A DNA stretch of 62,848 bases, the filler included, from Sphacelaria rigidula (Eukaryota): NCBI GenBank assembly GCA_964200075.2. It is 10 parts of 10 records of this genome, joined end to end, with 100 filler letters (N's around TTAATTAATTAA, not from the genome) between each part and the next. Parts side by side here need not be neighbours in the genome. Positions count along the whole stretch, not along the records: positions 1 to 6,195 come from CAXNAA020021598.1; positions 6,296 to 12,490 come from CAXNAA020021599.1; 8 more parts are not named here. The stretch is one strand, 5' to 3'. A model generated the notes under the pieces. That model had not been told where the DNA came from, ran no database searches, and was given only the letters and a program-made list of their open reading frames with translations. A program made the position numbers and the translations under genes. Below are positions 1 to 11,000 of the stretch, in pieces (the stretch's first letter is position 1; each line of letters opens with the position of its first letter).

Positions 1-1693
1 ATGTAATCGCGAGTGTTTGACTTAAAAACGTCCAAAATTGGTCAATATTGGGGTATAAATGGACCAAAAATGGGCCAAAATGGGCATATTTTGACGTCAT
101 TTTAGTATGGATCACTAAATTTTTTTTTTCAAATCGGCGTTTCATCTTTCCAACGAACCCAACTACAGGATGATCGGAAGGGTTTGAATGCGCAAACGAT
201 TAAACGTCCATGAGTGCCCAGACTTATGAAACAGAGGAAGTATATTTTTAGTTGAAGTGAAATGTGCACGATGGGTTTCGCGACAAAATCATAGTCGTGC
301 GAGAGGAGGGCAAATCTGGTCGACTCTGACTCGTTTAAAAAAATTAATTTCATGGTTTATTTTTTGCTCTGTTATATTTGCTCATTTTTTCGGTGATTTT
401 GGTCGCTTTTAATATTTTTTTTCGTTTCTCTCGGTCCATTCCGGCTTTCAGGGGTTTGTGCCAAGCATGATGGAAACGTACGACGTTTTTCGTATCAAAC
501 AGCTTCCTAGCCTGGAGGCGTGGGATCTGCTGCAACGTCCGGGGTCGTTAGCGGCGTTGGCGTGTGACATCAAGCGCCTCCGAAGGTGAGGGAAAAGATG
601 AACATGCCAAAATGCACCCCCTCGAGAGCGACCGGAGTAACTACGAACTATTTTGGGATTTGAACCCTTTGAAGGCGACCATACGCCACCTGTTGAATCG
701 GCTTCGATTTCACTTGAAAAAAGTATGCATGATCCAGATGGACTATGTATCCTCGCGGCCAGGCGGTTATTTCGTCTCCTGTGCCCAAATGCGGCACTGT
801 AGTGTTACCGGCAACGAAATGTGTTGCCGTCGGCGAAGGTCTTGCAGACGTCTGTCGACGGACACACGATCTGGTAATCAAAAATGGTTGCACCACCTGA
901 TTCCTCGATGGGGTCATGCTACGGTAGGGGTTGCGCATTTGGGCCCAGATCTTTCTCACTCAGGGACTCATAAGGTTAGAAGCTACACGAGACAATGTGG
1001 GTCAGGACATTCCCGTTTTCAAAACTCATTCAGGATATGTGTATTCCCAGTCCATTGGAATACTAACAGTGGTGTGCTCTCACATAGTTCACAAGTCGTT
1101 TTTTTTTCATGAAATATAGGACTTCTAACAGTGCGAACCCCGGAATATATTTGTGCACCCCTACCCTAGCACCACTCCTAGGTGATCCGCGTTCTAGGAA
1201 AGCCGTTCGTTTGCACTTCGGTGCTCTTCAAGCAAAAAAGGGGGGGAGAAAGAAGCAGTAGTTGTGCATGATGATATCTTCTTTTTTTCTCGCGCGCGGA
1301 ACCCATCACCATGCGGGGTCCGCTGTCGTCGTGCCTGTCTAAAATATATATGCATATACTCCGGAGTATATATTTTCTGCTGAAAGTTTGGTGTAATGCG
1401 TGGTTCCGGTGTCTGGTGCCACGTGAGTACGCCGCGATCGACCGGGATGATTGGTTTATGCGCACGCGGCATTCACCCTCAAGCCCTGGCGCTGATAAGC
1501 CCCCCCCGGCCACGTGTTCCCAGACTCGTAAATGTATTGGTTGTCGCGTAGGCAGTCGAAAACCCGCCCGTTCCATCGTACGTGTATCACCCCTGTGCTG
1601 TATACATGCCCATCGGGTTGCTTAGTGCTTTCTGACTCGTGTGATCTGATTTTGCTCGCGACTTCCAGGTTAACCACCCCCCCCCTACCCTCC

Positions 1694-1750
1694 TTAGGGA
1701 TGCGAGGTCAACGGTCTTATGACCACGGCATATGCGAAATCATGAGTACA
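1694..1750 (+). mobile_element. 5'-truncated 3' tail of LINE family A
   Basis: TAGGGATGCGAGGTCAACGGTCTTATGACC...CATGAGTACA matches copies at 6296-6460, 37400 and 56490. Flanked by near-identical CCCT(A/G)CCCTCC (1683-1693, 1751-1761), a probable TSD. Confidence 0.8.
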
Positions 1751-2597
1751 CCCTGCCCTCCCACACACACACAATTTTACCTCTCTCCTTCTCCTATGCG
1801 TTGCCCGGCTGTATGTTCCGTTTCGGTTTCCGTCTACGTTCGGTTGCGCGTCCTGCGCTTCTTTTTTCCTGCGTGTCTTGTTCCGCTGCTGTTTCGGTTT
1901 TTCCATTTTTGCCCCACCCAGAGTCTACGAGGTAGATAAGCTCCAGTATTCTCCGTTGAAGAGGTAAGAGCAGTACCCCAGTAATCATGACCACAAAAGG
2001 AGGGTGCGTACATTCTGCCCTTTTGTTGTTGTTGTCTGGTTCTTTTTTGGTAACTATCTTCATTTTCTCGTGCACGCTAACAGGGAGGAAATACATCTGT
2101 AGGAGTATTTAATCTTCTTCTGATTCCCGTACGCTTGTGATTTACCATTCCTCTGGTTCACGGAACATAGCTGCTCGAACCTTCGTACTGGCTCGCTCGG
2201 CTGCAGCGGTTTCCCGCCGTGCATGGCACCCGGTTTGTACCCCCCGCTTGCCGCCGAGCGTTGTGGAAACACTGCTACACTCTCTCGTCGGCATAGGCGT
2301 GGTTCCGCACACGCGCGTGCCCGAGCAACCGGAACTCCTGCTTCTAGTGGTTGCTCTCTTTCATGAGTAATTACTTCAGCGCCAGCACTGTTGGAGGCAG
2401 GCCTTTATTTCAAGCTGCTGTGAGAGAACGTCAAGTTACTAGAAACCCCTGGAAACAAGAGTGGAAATTGTGTTCAAGATCCCTTGTGTACTTGTCAACT
2501 TCTCCTATGACCGCTATCTTCCCCCGTCCCCTCCCTCCCCCCCCCCCCTCATTATCTTGCTCCTTCTCTTTCCCCCTCCGTCCCGTCCCGTCCCGAC

Positions 2598-2782
2598 GCC
2601 ACAGACGGCGAAACACGATGGGGGTAAAAATTGTAAACGATTTTCGTGTGATATATGGAAGAAACGTGATGAGCACCCAACTGTTGGAGGTGTGTCTATT
2701 ATAAGGAGTAGGAACTTCGTCTCGGAAGGGATGCGTGGTCAATGGTCAAACGACTGAGGCAAGCAAAAAATGAGTACACCCC
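2598..2782 (+). mobile_element. 5'-truncated 3' end of RTEX-like LINE family B, in a BABAM2 intron
   Basis: Encodes PQTAKHDGGKNCKRFSCDIWKKRDEHPTVGGVSI, homologous to the C-terminus of the long copy at 53043-53250. Ends ATGAGTACACCCCC; C-rich flanks on both sides. Confidence 0.85.
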
Positions 2783-2870
2783 CTCCTTCCCCCCCTTCCC
2801 CCCCCCGCCCCGACCTGTTCATCACGTCCGTCACAACGCCGACAATAACCCCACGCGCAACGATTAAAAG

Positions 2871-3124
2871 TGCGAATTTCCACTTGGAGGCGGTGAAGGA
2901 TCGGGTGGAGGAGGTAGAGGTGTTGGTCTCTCGGGCAGTCATCCGAATGGTTTTCCCGCTGTGGAAGGAGCCTGGGGACGAAGACGAAGAAGGGGATGAG
3001 GGGGAAGACGGCAAGGATGCGGATCACTGCAGCGCGGCGCAGGCCGGACCCGTGTTCGTCTACGGCCGGCGGACGATCCGGTTGCGGCTGGAGTGGACAC
3101 AGATGGGGGACGGGGAAATGCCCG
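2871..3124 (+). CDS. BABAM2: BABAM2/BRE (BRCC45) homologue, internal exon (upstream exons not securely located)
   Basis: AAAG acceptor at 2870 (less certain); strong donor CCCG|GTAAGT at 3125, phase 1, matching the next exon. Encodes ANFHLEAVKDRVEEVEVLVSRAVIRMVFPL... followed by an acidic linker. Confidence 0.7.
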
Positions 3125-3242
3125 GTAAGTGTAGTGGGACATGTGATACTGATTATAGTGAAGGGCGCATTTTTTGTTTTGGCGGCTGAGCGGTAGCGAG
3201 AAGCATGAGGGGCGGGGAGTGGGGGAGGGGTGGGTGGGGGGG

Positions 3243-3508
3243 GCTCATGGTCCTGCATGCCATAATTATGTGACTATTGACGTCGCATCCCTACAAAGCC
3301 GGGACGGCGCACGCCGGGTTCTCGCTGGACCAGGCTCGCAGTCAATCACCAAGCACGAAGCGCCATGATGTGTTCGACGAGTAGCTGAAGGGTGAGCTGC
3401 ATCCTGCTAAGATTGTTGGGCGCGAAGCGTTTTGATCATCTTGCGTTCGGATGACAGCTCCCAATGAGTTGCTTCATTTTCTGGTATCGCCACTTCCAGA
3501 GACAGCTT
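3243..3508 (-). mobile_element. 3' end of LINE family A (intronic)
   Basis: Reverse complement encodes degenerate LWKWRYQKMKQL... and ends in the family A tail. Homologous to 37400-37650; G-rich (C-rich on minus) flank at 3210-3243. Confidence 0.8.
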
Positions 3509-4010
3509 CGGGATCCACACTACCTCATGGGTGTCTTAACATTTAAGCACTACGTAGTATGATCATCCTCTTTGCGCGAAATTGAGGTTCTCCCACGCCG
3601 CACAACATGATCTAGCTCGACAACGATCATGGCCACTGCAATAAAAAAGCAAGCACGCAACCCCCCCCCCTCCCCGGTACCCTGGTTGCCTAGCTCACGC
3701 AGTGAGGGGAACGGGGGGGGGAGGAGGAAGGGAAAGAAGTCTCTGGCTGGTAGCGGCGGCTTTGCCGCCCAGATCTGTCGTCACGCTGAATGGTTGCGCA
3801 TCCTTGTTTCTACTTATATCGCATGTGCGACATGCCTTCCACGGTTATGAGTTAGCACCAATCCCCCGTATATCCAATCAATCCAACCGACACTCAGCCC
3901 GCCACCTCCCTGCTGCCCACACCCCCCTCCCGCCCCTTCCCCTTCCCCGTCCCTCCTCACCTAAAAAACGCTAACTCGGTGGATAGACGTTCGAGTTCTG
4001 TTTCCCCCAG

Positions 4011-4210
4011 AGGCACAAGGTCTCTCTCGGGTGTTCCAGCAACCCCCGTGGACGTCGGGTATGACCTTGTACGACTACTTACCTCTGGCCCAGACCGCGC
4101 TGGCGAATCCGTGGCGACAGAGAAAGCAGCTGGTGGCGGCGCTCGCGGCGCGGTACAACGTGCTGGAGTATGACGCACAGGACTTCACCCTTGTCCATTT
4201 GTTTTTGAAG
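4011..4210 (+). CDS. BABAM2: BABAM2/BRE homologue, penultimate exon
   Basis: Branch point GCTAAC (3970), acceptor TTTCCCCCAG|, donor AAG|GT at 4211. Encodes PPWTSGMTLYDYLP...RKQLVAALAARYNVLEYDAQDFTLVHLFLK, matching the BRE pattern LIDYVP...RREYIAAF...VEYDAEGFT. Confidence 0.88.
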
Positions 4211-4684
4211 GTGTGTGGGGGGGGGGGGGGGGGAAGGGGGGGGAGAGTGCACCTTATTTGAAAACGCATGCCGTAGTTTTTTCGATCATTGTACTCGGAT
4301 ACAGGTGCGCATATGTATCTGCGTGAGGGACGAAGTTATTTTGGGAGAGGGAAGGGGGGCACTCCCGGCACGCCTGATCGTGACGTATGCAGGATAGGCG
4401 AGCCAGGCATAACACTATGCTACCGCTGGGATCCGGGTTTGAAGGTTACAACGGTTCGGACTTTGTGGTTGTGTTGAGAAAGTCTCCTGCTGTGTGTGCT
4501 TTCTTTATCCTTTCCACCCACCTACTAAATCATGACTTCATCCTGCCCACTCCTTCCTTCTCCCACGCATCGCGACCCACACTACTGTCGACGGCTTGCT
4601 TCTCCGTGCGTCGCGATTAATAATGACTACCTGTGCCGCGTTTTTGTCTTGTTGTCATCTTCGTCGCATCCGTCAACCAACCAG

Positions 4685-4909
4685 GTGAAAATAGACAATC
4701 TTATACACCTGCGAATCTTGCGTATCGACATCGACCGTGAATTCCCAGCGGACGGGCCGCCGCACATGACCCTGTGCGATGCACTCACGGACCAGTCGTG
4801 GCCTCTGGAGAGACGCGCTTACCTCTACAGCCCTCGCTGGGAGTACGATCGCATGGCTTCGCAGCTTGTCGAGTATGCCAAGGGGATGATTCCGAGGCTT
4901 CAAATATGA
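4685..4909 (+). CDS. BABAM2: BABAM2/BRE homologue, last coding exon
   Basis: CCAG| acceptor in phase 0. IDIDREFPADGPP...YLYSPRWEYDRMA* matches the BRE C-terminal IDLPxxFPxxQP and YSPRW motifs; TGA at 4907-4909. Confidence 0.9.
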   Translation: MKIDNLIHLRILRIDIDREFPADGPPHMTLCDALTDQSWPLERRAYLYSPRWEYDRMASQLVEYAKGMIPRLQI

Positions 4910-5794
4910 AGAAGAGTTGACGGAAGGGTAGTTTTCGGTTCACACGTAGGCGAGATGAGACTGATGTGAAACGTCACTTATTTTTGATGTGTGTGTCGTC
5001 GGCGTGGACGAGTGGGTCAGTCGGTTGGGTCGGGGGGGGGGGGGGTTGGTTCGGGTGTTGGGTGGGGCGGGCTGTGTTTTGGGGGATACATTGATGTTCT
5101 GGGTGTTTGATTTCAGTTGTTCAGAAACCCAGAAACAAGTGCATTTTCTGGAGAACGCTGATATTCTTTCTGTGTGTTCTTCAGTAGGCAGCGAATCTTG
5201 ATTTTTGTCGAACCGGCAAGATGACCTGAACGCTGGGCGAACGTATTACAGTTATCGGTTGTTTGATCCTCTTTTACGAGTATTGTTCTTAGGGCGTTTG
5301 TGTTGTGGACAGAAGTCCTCTGCGCCCTCTCCGTGAGCCGATTGCATCCAGTGTGCCAATGCTGTTACCTTTGAGGGCAGGTTGGCGTGGGCATGTTGGA
5401 CTTCGTGATGTGTATAGAGTAGTTGCATGTATACAAGCGGTGTAGCTAACGACTGCGTTCGTACCGTGGTCAAATTTAGCTTGCTGCTACATTTTGAGTG
5501 GTGATGTCACACCAGGCTACTATACCCCGATGGTCATGTGTTTTGTTCCCATTTCTTGTTGCGCGTTTTGGTGTATTCGTGTGTGTGCGCGCTCGACCCT
5601 CGCGCTTTTGTCTTGCACTCTGGGCGTTTTTTTTGTTTTTGTTGCCGATTCAAAGGGTAGTACCCTCATTATTTGAGCGACGAACGCCGTGCGTGTGCAT
5701 GCAGGAGCAAGATTACGGTGAAGCATATGCTCACTCGAAAAGAAGAGAGAGAGAGAATATATATATATATGATTGACATTCGGTGTACACTTAC

Positions 5795-5880
5795 GCAGTT
5801 GTTGGCGGACATGAAGTCATCAGCGAGCTCGCGGAGTTCGGTTAGGATCCAGCCAAAACATCCAGTCTTACACATCGTGC
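5795..5880 (-). CDS. Possible isolated small exon of an unidentified gene
   Basis: CTGAC branch, TGCAG| acceptor and |GTAAGT donor around an open frame (TMCKTGCFGWILTELRELADDFMSANNC). No partner exons or homology recognised. Confidence 0.3.
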
Positions 5881-6084
5881 CTGCATTTATTTTTCCGTCA
5901 GTCCCCAACCTTCAATCCGGTGTTGGGAAGGAAGGGGTGATACTATTGGGTCGTCTCTGTCTCGCTGTGCTCAGCATCTCGATTCATTCACAGGTGCTTG
6001 GGGTGTTGGGCTTTCGCATTGCCGCGAAAAGCTGTCGAGACCTCGACGGACACCAGTGGGACTTTTTTCCTTCCATGTGGTGGT

Positions 6085-6120
<36 letters not shown>

Positions 6121-6195
6121 CAAGGGAGGAACCCCCGAAGGGGCGACCCCCACGAATATAAACCAACCACAACATAAAAACATACATAGGAGAAC

Positions 6196-6295
6196 NNNNN
6201 NNNNNNNNNNNNNNNNNNNNNNNNNNNNNNNNNNNNNNNTTAATTAATTAANNNNNNNNNNNNNNNNNNNNNNNNNNNNNNNNNNNNNNNNNNNN
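6196..6295. other. Artificial scaffold linker N44-TTAATTAATTAA-N44; identical linkers at 12491-12590, 18786-18885, 25081-25180, 31376-31475, 37671-37770, 43966-44065, 50261-50360, 56555-56654
   Basis: An identical 100-bp spacer with stops in all six frames. The intervening segments are 6195 bp (x8) then 6194 bp (x2), i.e. size-sorted concatenation. Confidence 0.98.
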
Positions 6296-6460
6296 CTTTG
6301 TAGGGATGCGAGGTCAATGGTCTGATGACTATGGCATGCATGATCATGAGTACACCCCCCCCATGCTTGGTCCGGCGAGAACCCGGCGTGCTCCGTCCTC
6401 GCTTTGTAGGGATGCGAGGTCAATGGTCTGATGCCTCTGGCATGCATGATCATGAGTACA
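6296..6460 (+). mobile_element. Two tandem LINE family A tails
   Basis: The tail motif occurs twice; the second copy is flanked by CCCC(A/G)TGCTT repeats. Both sit in a C-run of the underlying family B LINE (compare 55261-55290). Confidence 0.85.
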
Positions 6461-6865
6461 CCCCGTGCTTCAGAAATCCATATACTATTCCGTCTGCCCA
6501 TGCTGATTTTCTGTTCTTGAGTTTAGCTACGCACTCCATTACTTTTCATCTCTGGTAATTTCTCCCTGCAATTCTTCGGAGCGACTATCCTCCCGTTTTG
6601 ACGTCTCTTCACTTGCTTCTGCCCACTCGTTGATCTTTTTTCCGAATTCCGTGTCGAACTTCGTGTTAGTTTTTGGTGTTCCTTGTCTACGGTAGTGCTC
6701 GACTAGCACTTCTCTCTTCCCCTTCGAACTGCTGACCATATTACCGTCCTGTGCCCAGAGTGTGTCTATCCCGTTGTCTATCGTTCCTGTCTGGTGTCCC
6801 GGTGTCCCTTTTATCCCTACCCACATCTGTTTCATCCCGCCATCGAAATCTTCATTTATTCTTGT
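6461..6865 (-). mobile_element. RTEX-like LINE family B fragment (EN-RT linker region)
   Basis: MKQMWVGIKG...SSSKGKREVLVEHYR...; colinear with 55270-55660. Confidence 0.85.
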
Positions 6866-7028
6866 TCACTTGGAAGGGGGGGGCGTAACGTATTCGAGTC
6901 TGAAAGGCCCCTTGATCTAAACCGTTTAGCTTCGGTGTTCTTCACTTCTTCTTCTCCGCGCGCTATTAATTGTAAGTTTGAATCGAAACCAATTAGGAGT
7001 ACTCGTAGAAATGCGGTGGACCTACACT

Positions 7029-7333
7029 GCCGCACCTCGGTGGTGTAATGGTCCGACTGTCGCCATTAGGGTGGAAAGAACGAGGGTTCGTTGCGTTGGG
7101 CTTTGTCTCTGTTGTATCTGATTCCCACCGTGGAAAGCGTGAGAATGTAGGTGAACAAAACAGTTGACTAAGTAATTTGACGTGAGTTGACGCGGTGCGG
7201 GAGTGCTGATAGTCATGACCCAATCCGCGAGACCAAAATGCAAGGCGTGTACCGACGAGAGGTGAGTTGATCTCTTGATACCACAGTCTCGTCCCGAGGA
7301 AGGGGAGGGGTTCAAAGTGCGACAAATCAACAA
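7029..7333 (+). mobile_element. tRNA-derived SINE family 1
   Basis: A-box-like GGTGTAATGG, degenerate B-box GGTTCG, CAA-type tail; second copy at 17810-18135. Confidence 0.8.
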
Positions 7334-7804
7334 TATATATCATGATAACAATAAATGTTGGATGGAAATTTGTTTTTCAACAGCACCTTTCGTCACAAAG
7401 ACAGGTGCGAAGACACGCCCTAAGATCACGGCCTAACACGGTCTCATCAAGACAGAAATAAGAAGTGGGAAGTGGGGAAAAGGAACAGGCGTCCAAAGTA
7501 GCATTTTGATTGATCGGCAAGCGGCTCAATTGTTGCGGGGAGTGATCGACTTCGGACGCTTGTTCCGTGTATTATCGAACCAAAAAAACGGAGCGAGAGC
7601 AGGAAAAGGCGTCCAAGAGCAGAATCTTTATTAGTCACCGCAACCATGGACCCGCCCGGCGATAAATCAATATGCTGATTCCGGATGCTTGTTCCTTTTG
7701 CCACTTGTGTTTTTCACACCAACGGCAACAGCGTACAGGGTCGAAAAGTGTACTGCGTACAGTGTTGAACCTTCTGCCTATCGCAATAGACGCTATGAAC
7801 AATG

Positions 7805-8088
7805 TTTCGTGAGATTGAGAGTAAACGATACGATTGAGCGCGAAAAGCGATCAATTAGTGAATGAATCGTTTCTGTTCCGAAAAGCCCCTCTGCGAGGCC
7901 CAATATGCTTTCTGCAGCAGCTCGCCACTGAGGTCCTTGATATCCCTGCGTAGGATATCGACGTGTAGCTGCAAGCAAACGCTAGTGATGGAGGCAAATA
8001 AATGCACACACGGAATGAAAAAATGGTCGAGTTAAAGCGAATGATCGAAACCACTCTCGATCTTCGCGCTGTTCTCAATCTCACGAAA
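7805..8088. mobile_element. MITE-like element with 16-bp inverted repeat
   Basis: TTTCGTGAGATTGAGA (7805-7820) and its perfect reverse complement (8073-8088). No clear TSD. Confidence 0.55.
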
Positions 8089-8336
8089 ACGCTGTCTGTA
8101 GTCTAGACGTTATATATGTATCAATACGCCGGAGTACATTTCAGACAACGTAATCCATTGTCCAGGGTACGTTTTTTTCCCCCCTGGATTGGACCCTGGT
8201 TTTAATCCCATCACCAGCAGCAGCCGCGTCCCGCAGAAAAACGCTCACAGCTATATCTTCCAGAACTTCGCTGAGTGAGCAAGCGTGGACCCATCGGTGG
8301 GTAGTACGGGTGCGGCGAAAACGATTTGATCGTGGT

Positions 8337-8680
8337 ACGAGCTGGGCCAGCTTAAAAGCGGCCAAACGTTGTCCACACTACAGCTTTCCCAGTTTCCCGA
8401 ATAAACCCGATGTAAGCATGTCACTGTGAAGTGCAGACTAACCTGGTAACACACGGCACCGCCGCTGAATGAACAAAAAAAACAAATGTACTGCATAATA
8501 TATAACCTTAACGACGGACGAAAAAAAACAAAATGTCGGGATTCGAACTCATGACCCCCATGACTGGAGTCTCCCATCACTTGAATTATATGGGTGCAGC
8601 AGCGTCATGCAAAACGTTGCACACATGGCCCAATTCGACGACTCTTGAGCTGAAGTTTCACGAAGACCTTCTGCACCCAA
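8337..8680. mobile_element. Partial copy of the MITE family at 59164-59725
   Basis: Shares left TIR ACGAGCTGGGCCAGC and internal blocks (ACACACGGCACCGCCGCTGAATGAA; B-box-like segment; CTGGAGTCTCC). Right TIR not seen. Confidence 0.7.
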
Positions 8681-8825
8681 GGAAATGATACATCACGGGA
8701 GCAGCTGCAGTTTTTCTTATGACATGATCTTGTTTTTGATGGAATTTCAAATCCCCATGACTTCCTTTTTTTTCTCTCATTTTTTTATTTGCTGATCTCG
8801 TCATATCCTGCGTGTCGATCATAAT

Positions 8826-9035
8826 AGAGGTATCTCAAACTCGGCTCCCGGTATCCTCGTTTGTTTTGTTCTATTTTTCAAATTAAGGTGATCGCGATTC
8901 ATCAGATGATGAGACCCTTTCACCGCCAGGTCAGTTCCTCCTATGAATCGCGATCACTTTCACTTAAAAAACTAGTACACAACTCAGAGCCAGCGAATAA
9001 ACCAGGGTACCGGGAGCCGAGTTTGAGATACCTCT
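8826..9035. mobile_element. MITE, PIF/Harbinger-related, 28-bp TIR, AAT TSD
   Basis: Perfect TIR AGAGGTATCTCAAACTCGGCTCCCGGTA (8826-8853 / 9008-9035); AAT on both sides; a second internal inverted repeat GTGATCGCGATTCAT. Confidence 0.85.
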
Positions 9036-10159
9036 AATAAGCTGCTGTCAAACTTTCAGCGTCCAGCTCCTAATTTTACGGCGTCGCCTCAGCGAGAAAT
9101 CTACCCAACAGTGTTACGCCTGGTGTTAGTGTCACGTTTCCCACCACCACCCCCAAAAATCGAGACGCGACGAGGTCGAAGAAGTGGACAGAGGGTAAGA
9201 TCACAACAAAAACGATACACAGCTGTATTATGAATCTGAAGCTACGTTCTCATCGCAGTCTGGCTCCATTCCACCCGGTCTAGCCCACAATCCAGCGATG
9301 GATACCGCTGAAAGTTGGGGATTTTTGTACAATCGGAAAGTCATTTCCCAATATGCCCGTCCTTTACGCGACAGAGGATTATTCACTTCTGACGACTGCA
9401 ACGACGCTGGAACTCTAGGGGGGAAATGCAATGAGCTACTAGCCGTCGTTCAAGACAAATAATTCTTCAATTGACCGTCGGCATAGTGCAGTATATGCAG
9501 TATACGCTCCTTCACTTTACTTCAACTTGTAATTTGCGGGAAGGGTTCGTGCCCCCAGAAACTGGAGGGTTGGTAGACATGCTTCGTAGCTACACAGAGC
9601 AACTTGATTTGTGTCCTGAGCTGCAGTGTGTACCGAGATATTGCCATCTCAGTAAAGGGTGTTACTACATGCGGCGAAAAACAGCAACCCATCACAGATG
9701 ATATCCAGAATGAGCCGGCGGTAATTTCGTCGCGTTCAGTTCGTTTCAAAGTGTTGGGGGATATCCTCCCGCAGTCATATATTTTACCATCAGCATTGCC
9801 CGTTTGTAATAAAGACATGGCAGACATGTGCGTGTCGTTGTCGCTGGACTGGCGATTTGAGCGTGTTGATGAGATAGCTGTGCAGGTTACAACGCGCTCA
9901 AATCGCTATCATCCAAACTGAGGATGGAGCATTCCACTGATGATGATAACTAGAAATAATTAAAAACTTCAAATTTCTTATTCATGAACATTCTTCGAAC
10001 TATAGATAAGATAAGTGATAAACGCCATGTAAATTTCGAATCCGATATCCGACATCTTGGGGTCTACGTGAAAATTATTTGTGAGACATTTCGGTGACTC
10101 AATGTATGCTCTCTGGAATGTTTATTTCACGTAGGTTGCCGGGACTCAAATATGAATGG

Positions 10160-10189
10160 CGTGTACTCATGATCATGCATGTCGTAGTC
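10160..10189 (-). mobile_element. 30-nt extreme 3' stub of LINE family A with perfect 10-bp TSD
   Basis: The insert matches the tail end (CATGCATGATCATGAGTACAC); ATATGAATGG is duplicated at 10150-10159 and 10190-10199. Confidence 0.8.
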
Positions 10190-11000
10190 ATATGAATGGG
10201 GTGGGGGGATATAAAGTTAGCTTTCAGCGTATAAAGGAATGCTACCCTGTTTCGAAGAGATGGTTGTAAATACGAATATTACAGTTCACTGTTTTTTTAT
10301 CGTCAATGGAAGTCTCCCACCGCAAATTTTATGGTCGCCTGACGGCGAGACGGTAATATGTCGAAATCAAAAGAGCGACACAGTGGTCAGGGGCTGGGTG
10401 TTTGTTAGTGGGGCCAGGTGGGTACACCGACCGCCCGAATCGGTGCCGGGGGGGGAGTTCAGGAGGTAGCGTGTGAAGGAGAGAGGGATGAACAGAATCA
10501 CCCCGTATGACTCTCCGAATTGCCAGCATATGACCCATGTCACCGGTTCTTGGCAGATCGCAGGCTTAGCAGGACGCCATCGGAACCAGCCAACGTGCAG
10601 AGGTTATCCGCGTACGTTTATCGTGCCGCGCAGTATTCCAAAAGGTTAACTTCAGTATCATCGTTCGCTGCCGACTCATCTTCGGCGGCGACACACTTGC
10701 GCCATTCATATGAACATATACAGTATCGCAAAATCGACGATTCGGCATAGGGCCTCGCCATACTACTACTCGCCATACACCCACGCACCCAAGGGCGCGT
10801 CGCACCATGCACTGAACACCTTCACTATACACCCCAAGAACGGTATATGACAACGTAATGGAGCGGATAGCATCCACTGTAATAGATCTACGCGTGCAAG
10901 TTATGTACAGAAAATATGCCCCCCAGATCGCCCAACAGAGTATCCACTATTAACAACGCATCTACAAAACACATGCCTCGAAATTACCCAACCCACTCAA

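Noticed and set aside
1..560. DNA-transposon subterminal region
   Set aside because: The composition is suggestive, but no TIR, TSD or second copy is visible in the window.
2297..2366. Candidate additional upstream BABAM2 exon (PEQPELLLLVVALFH)
   Set aside because: The phase fits and there is faint similarity to BRE, but the donor (GA|GTAATT) is weak and expected residues are missing; RNA-seq is needed.
2770..2870. LINE-tail ATG as the start of BABAM2 (similarly 53046 for the element ORF)
   Set aside because: The ATG belongs to the LINE tail (ATGAGYAC). Being in frame has a 1-in-3 chance, and an acceptor exists at 2870.
5971..6247. Poly-Gly/poly-Pro ORFs (also 25183, 60688-61053)
   Set aside because: These are translations of G/C homopolymer runs, some crossing N gaps.
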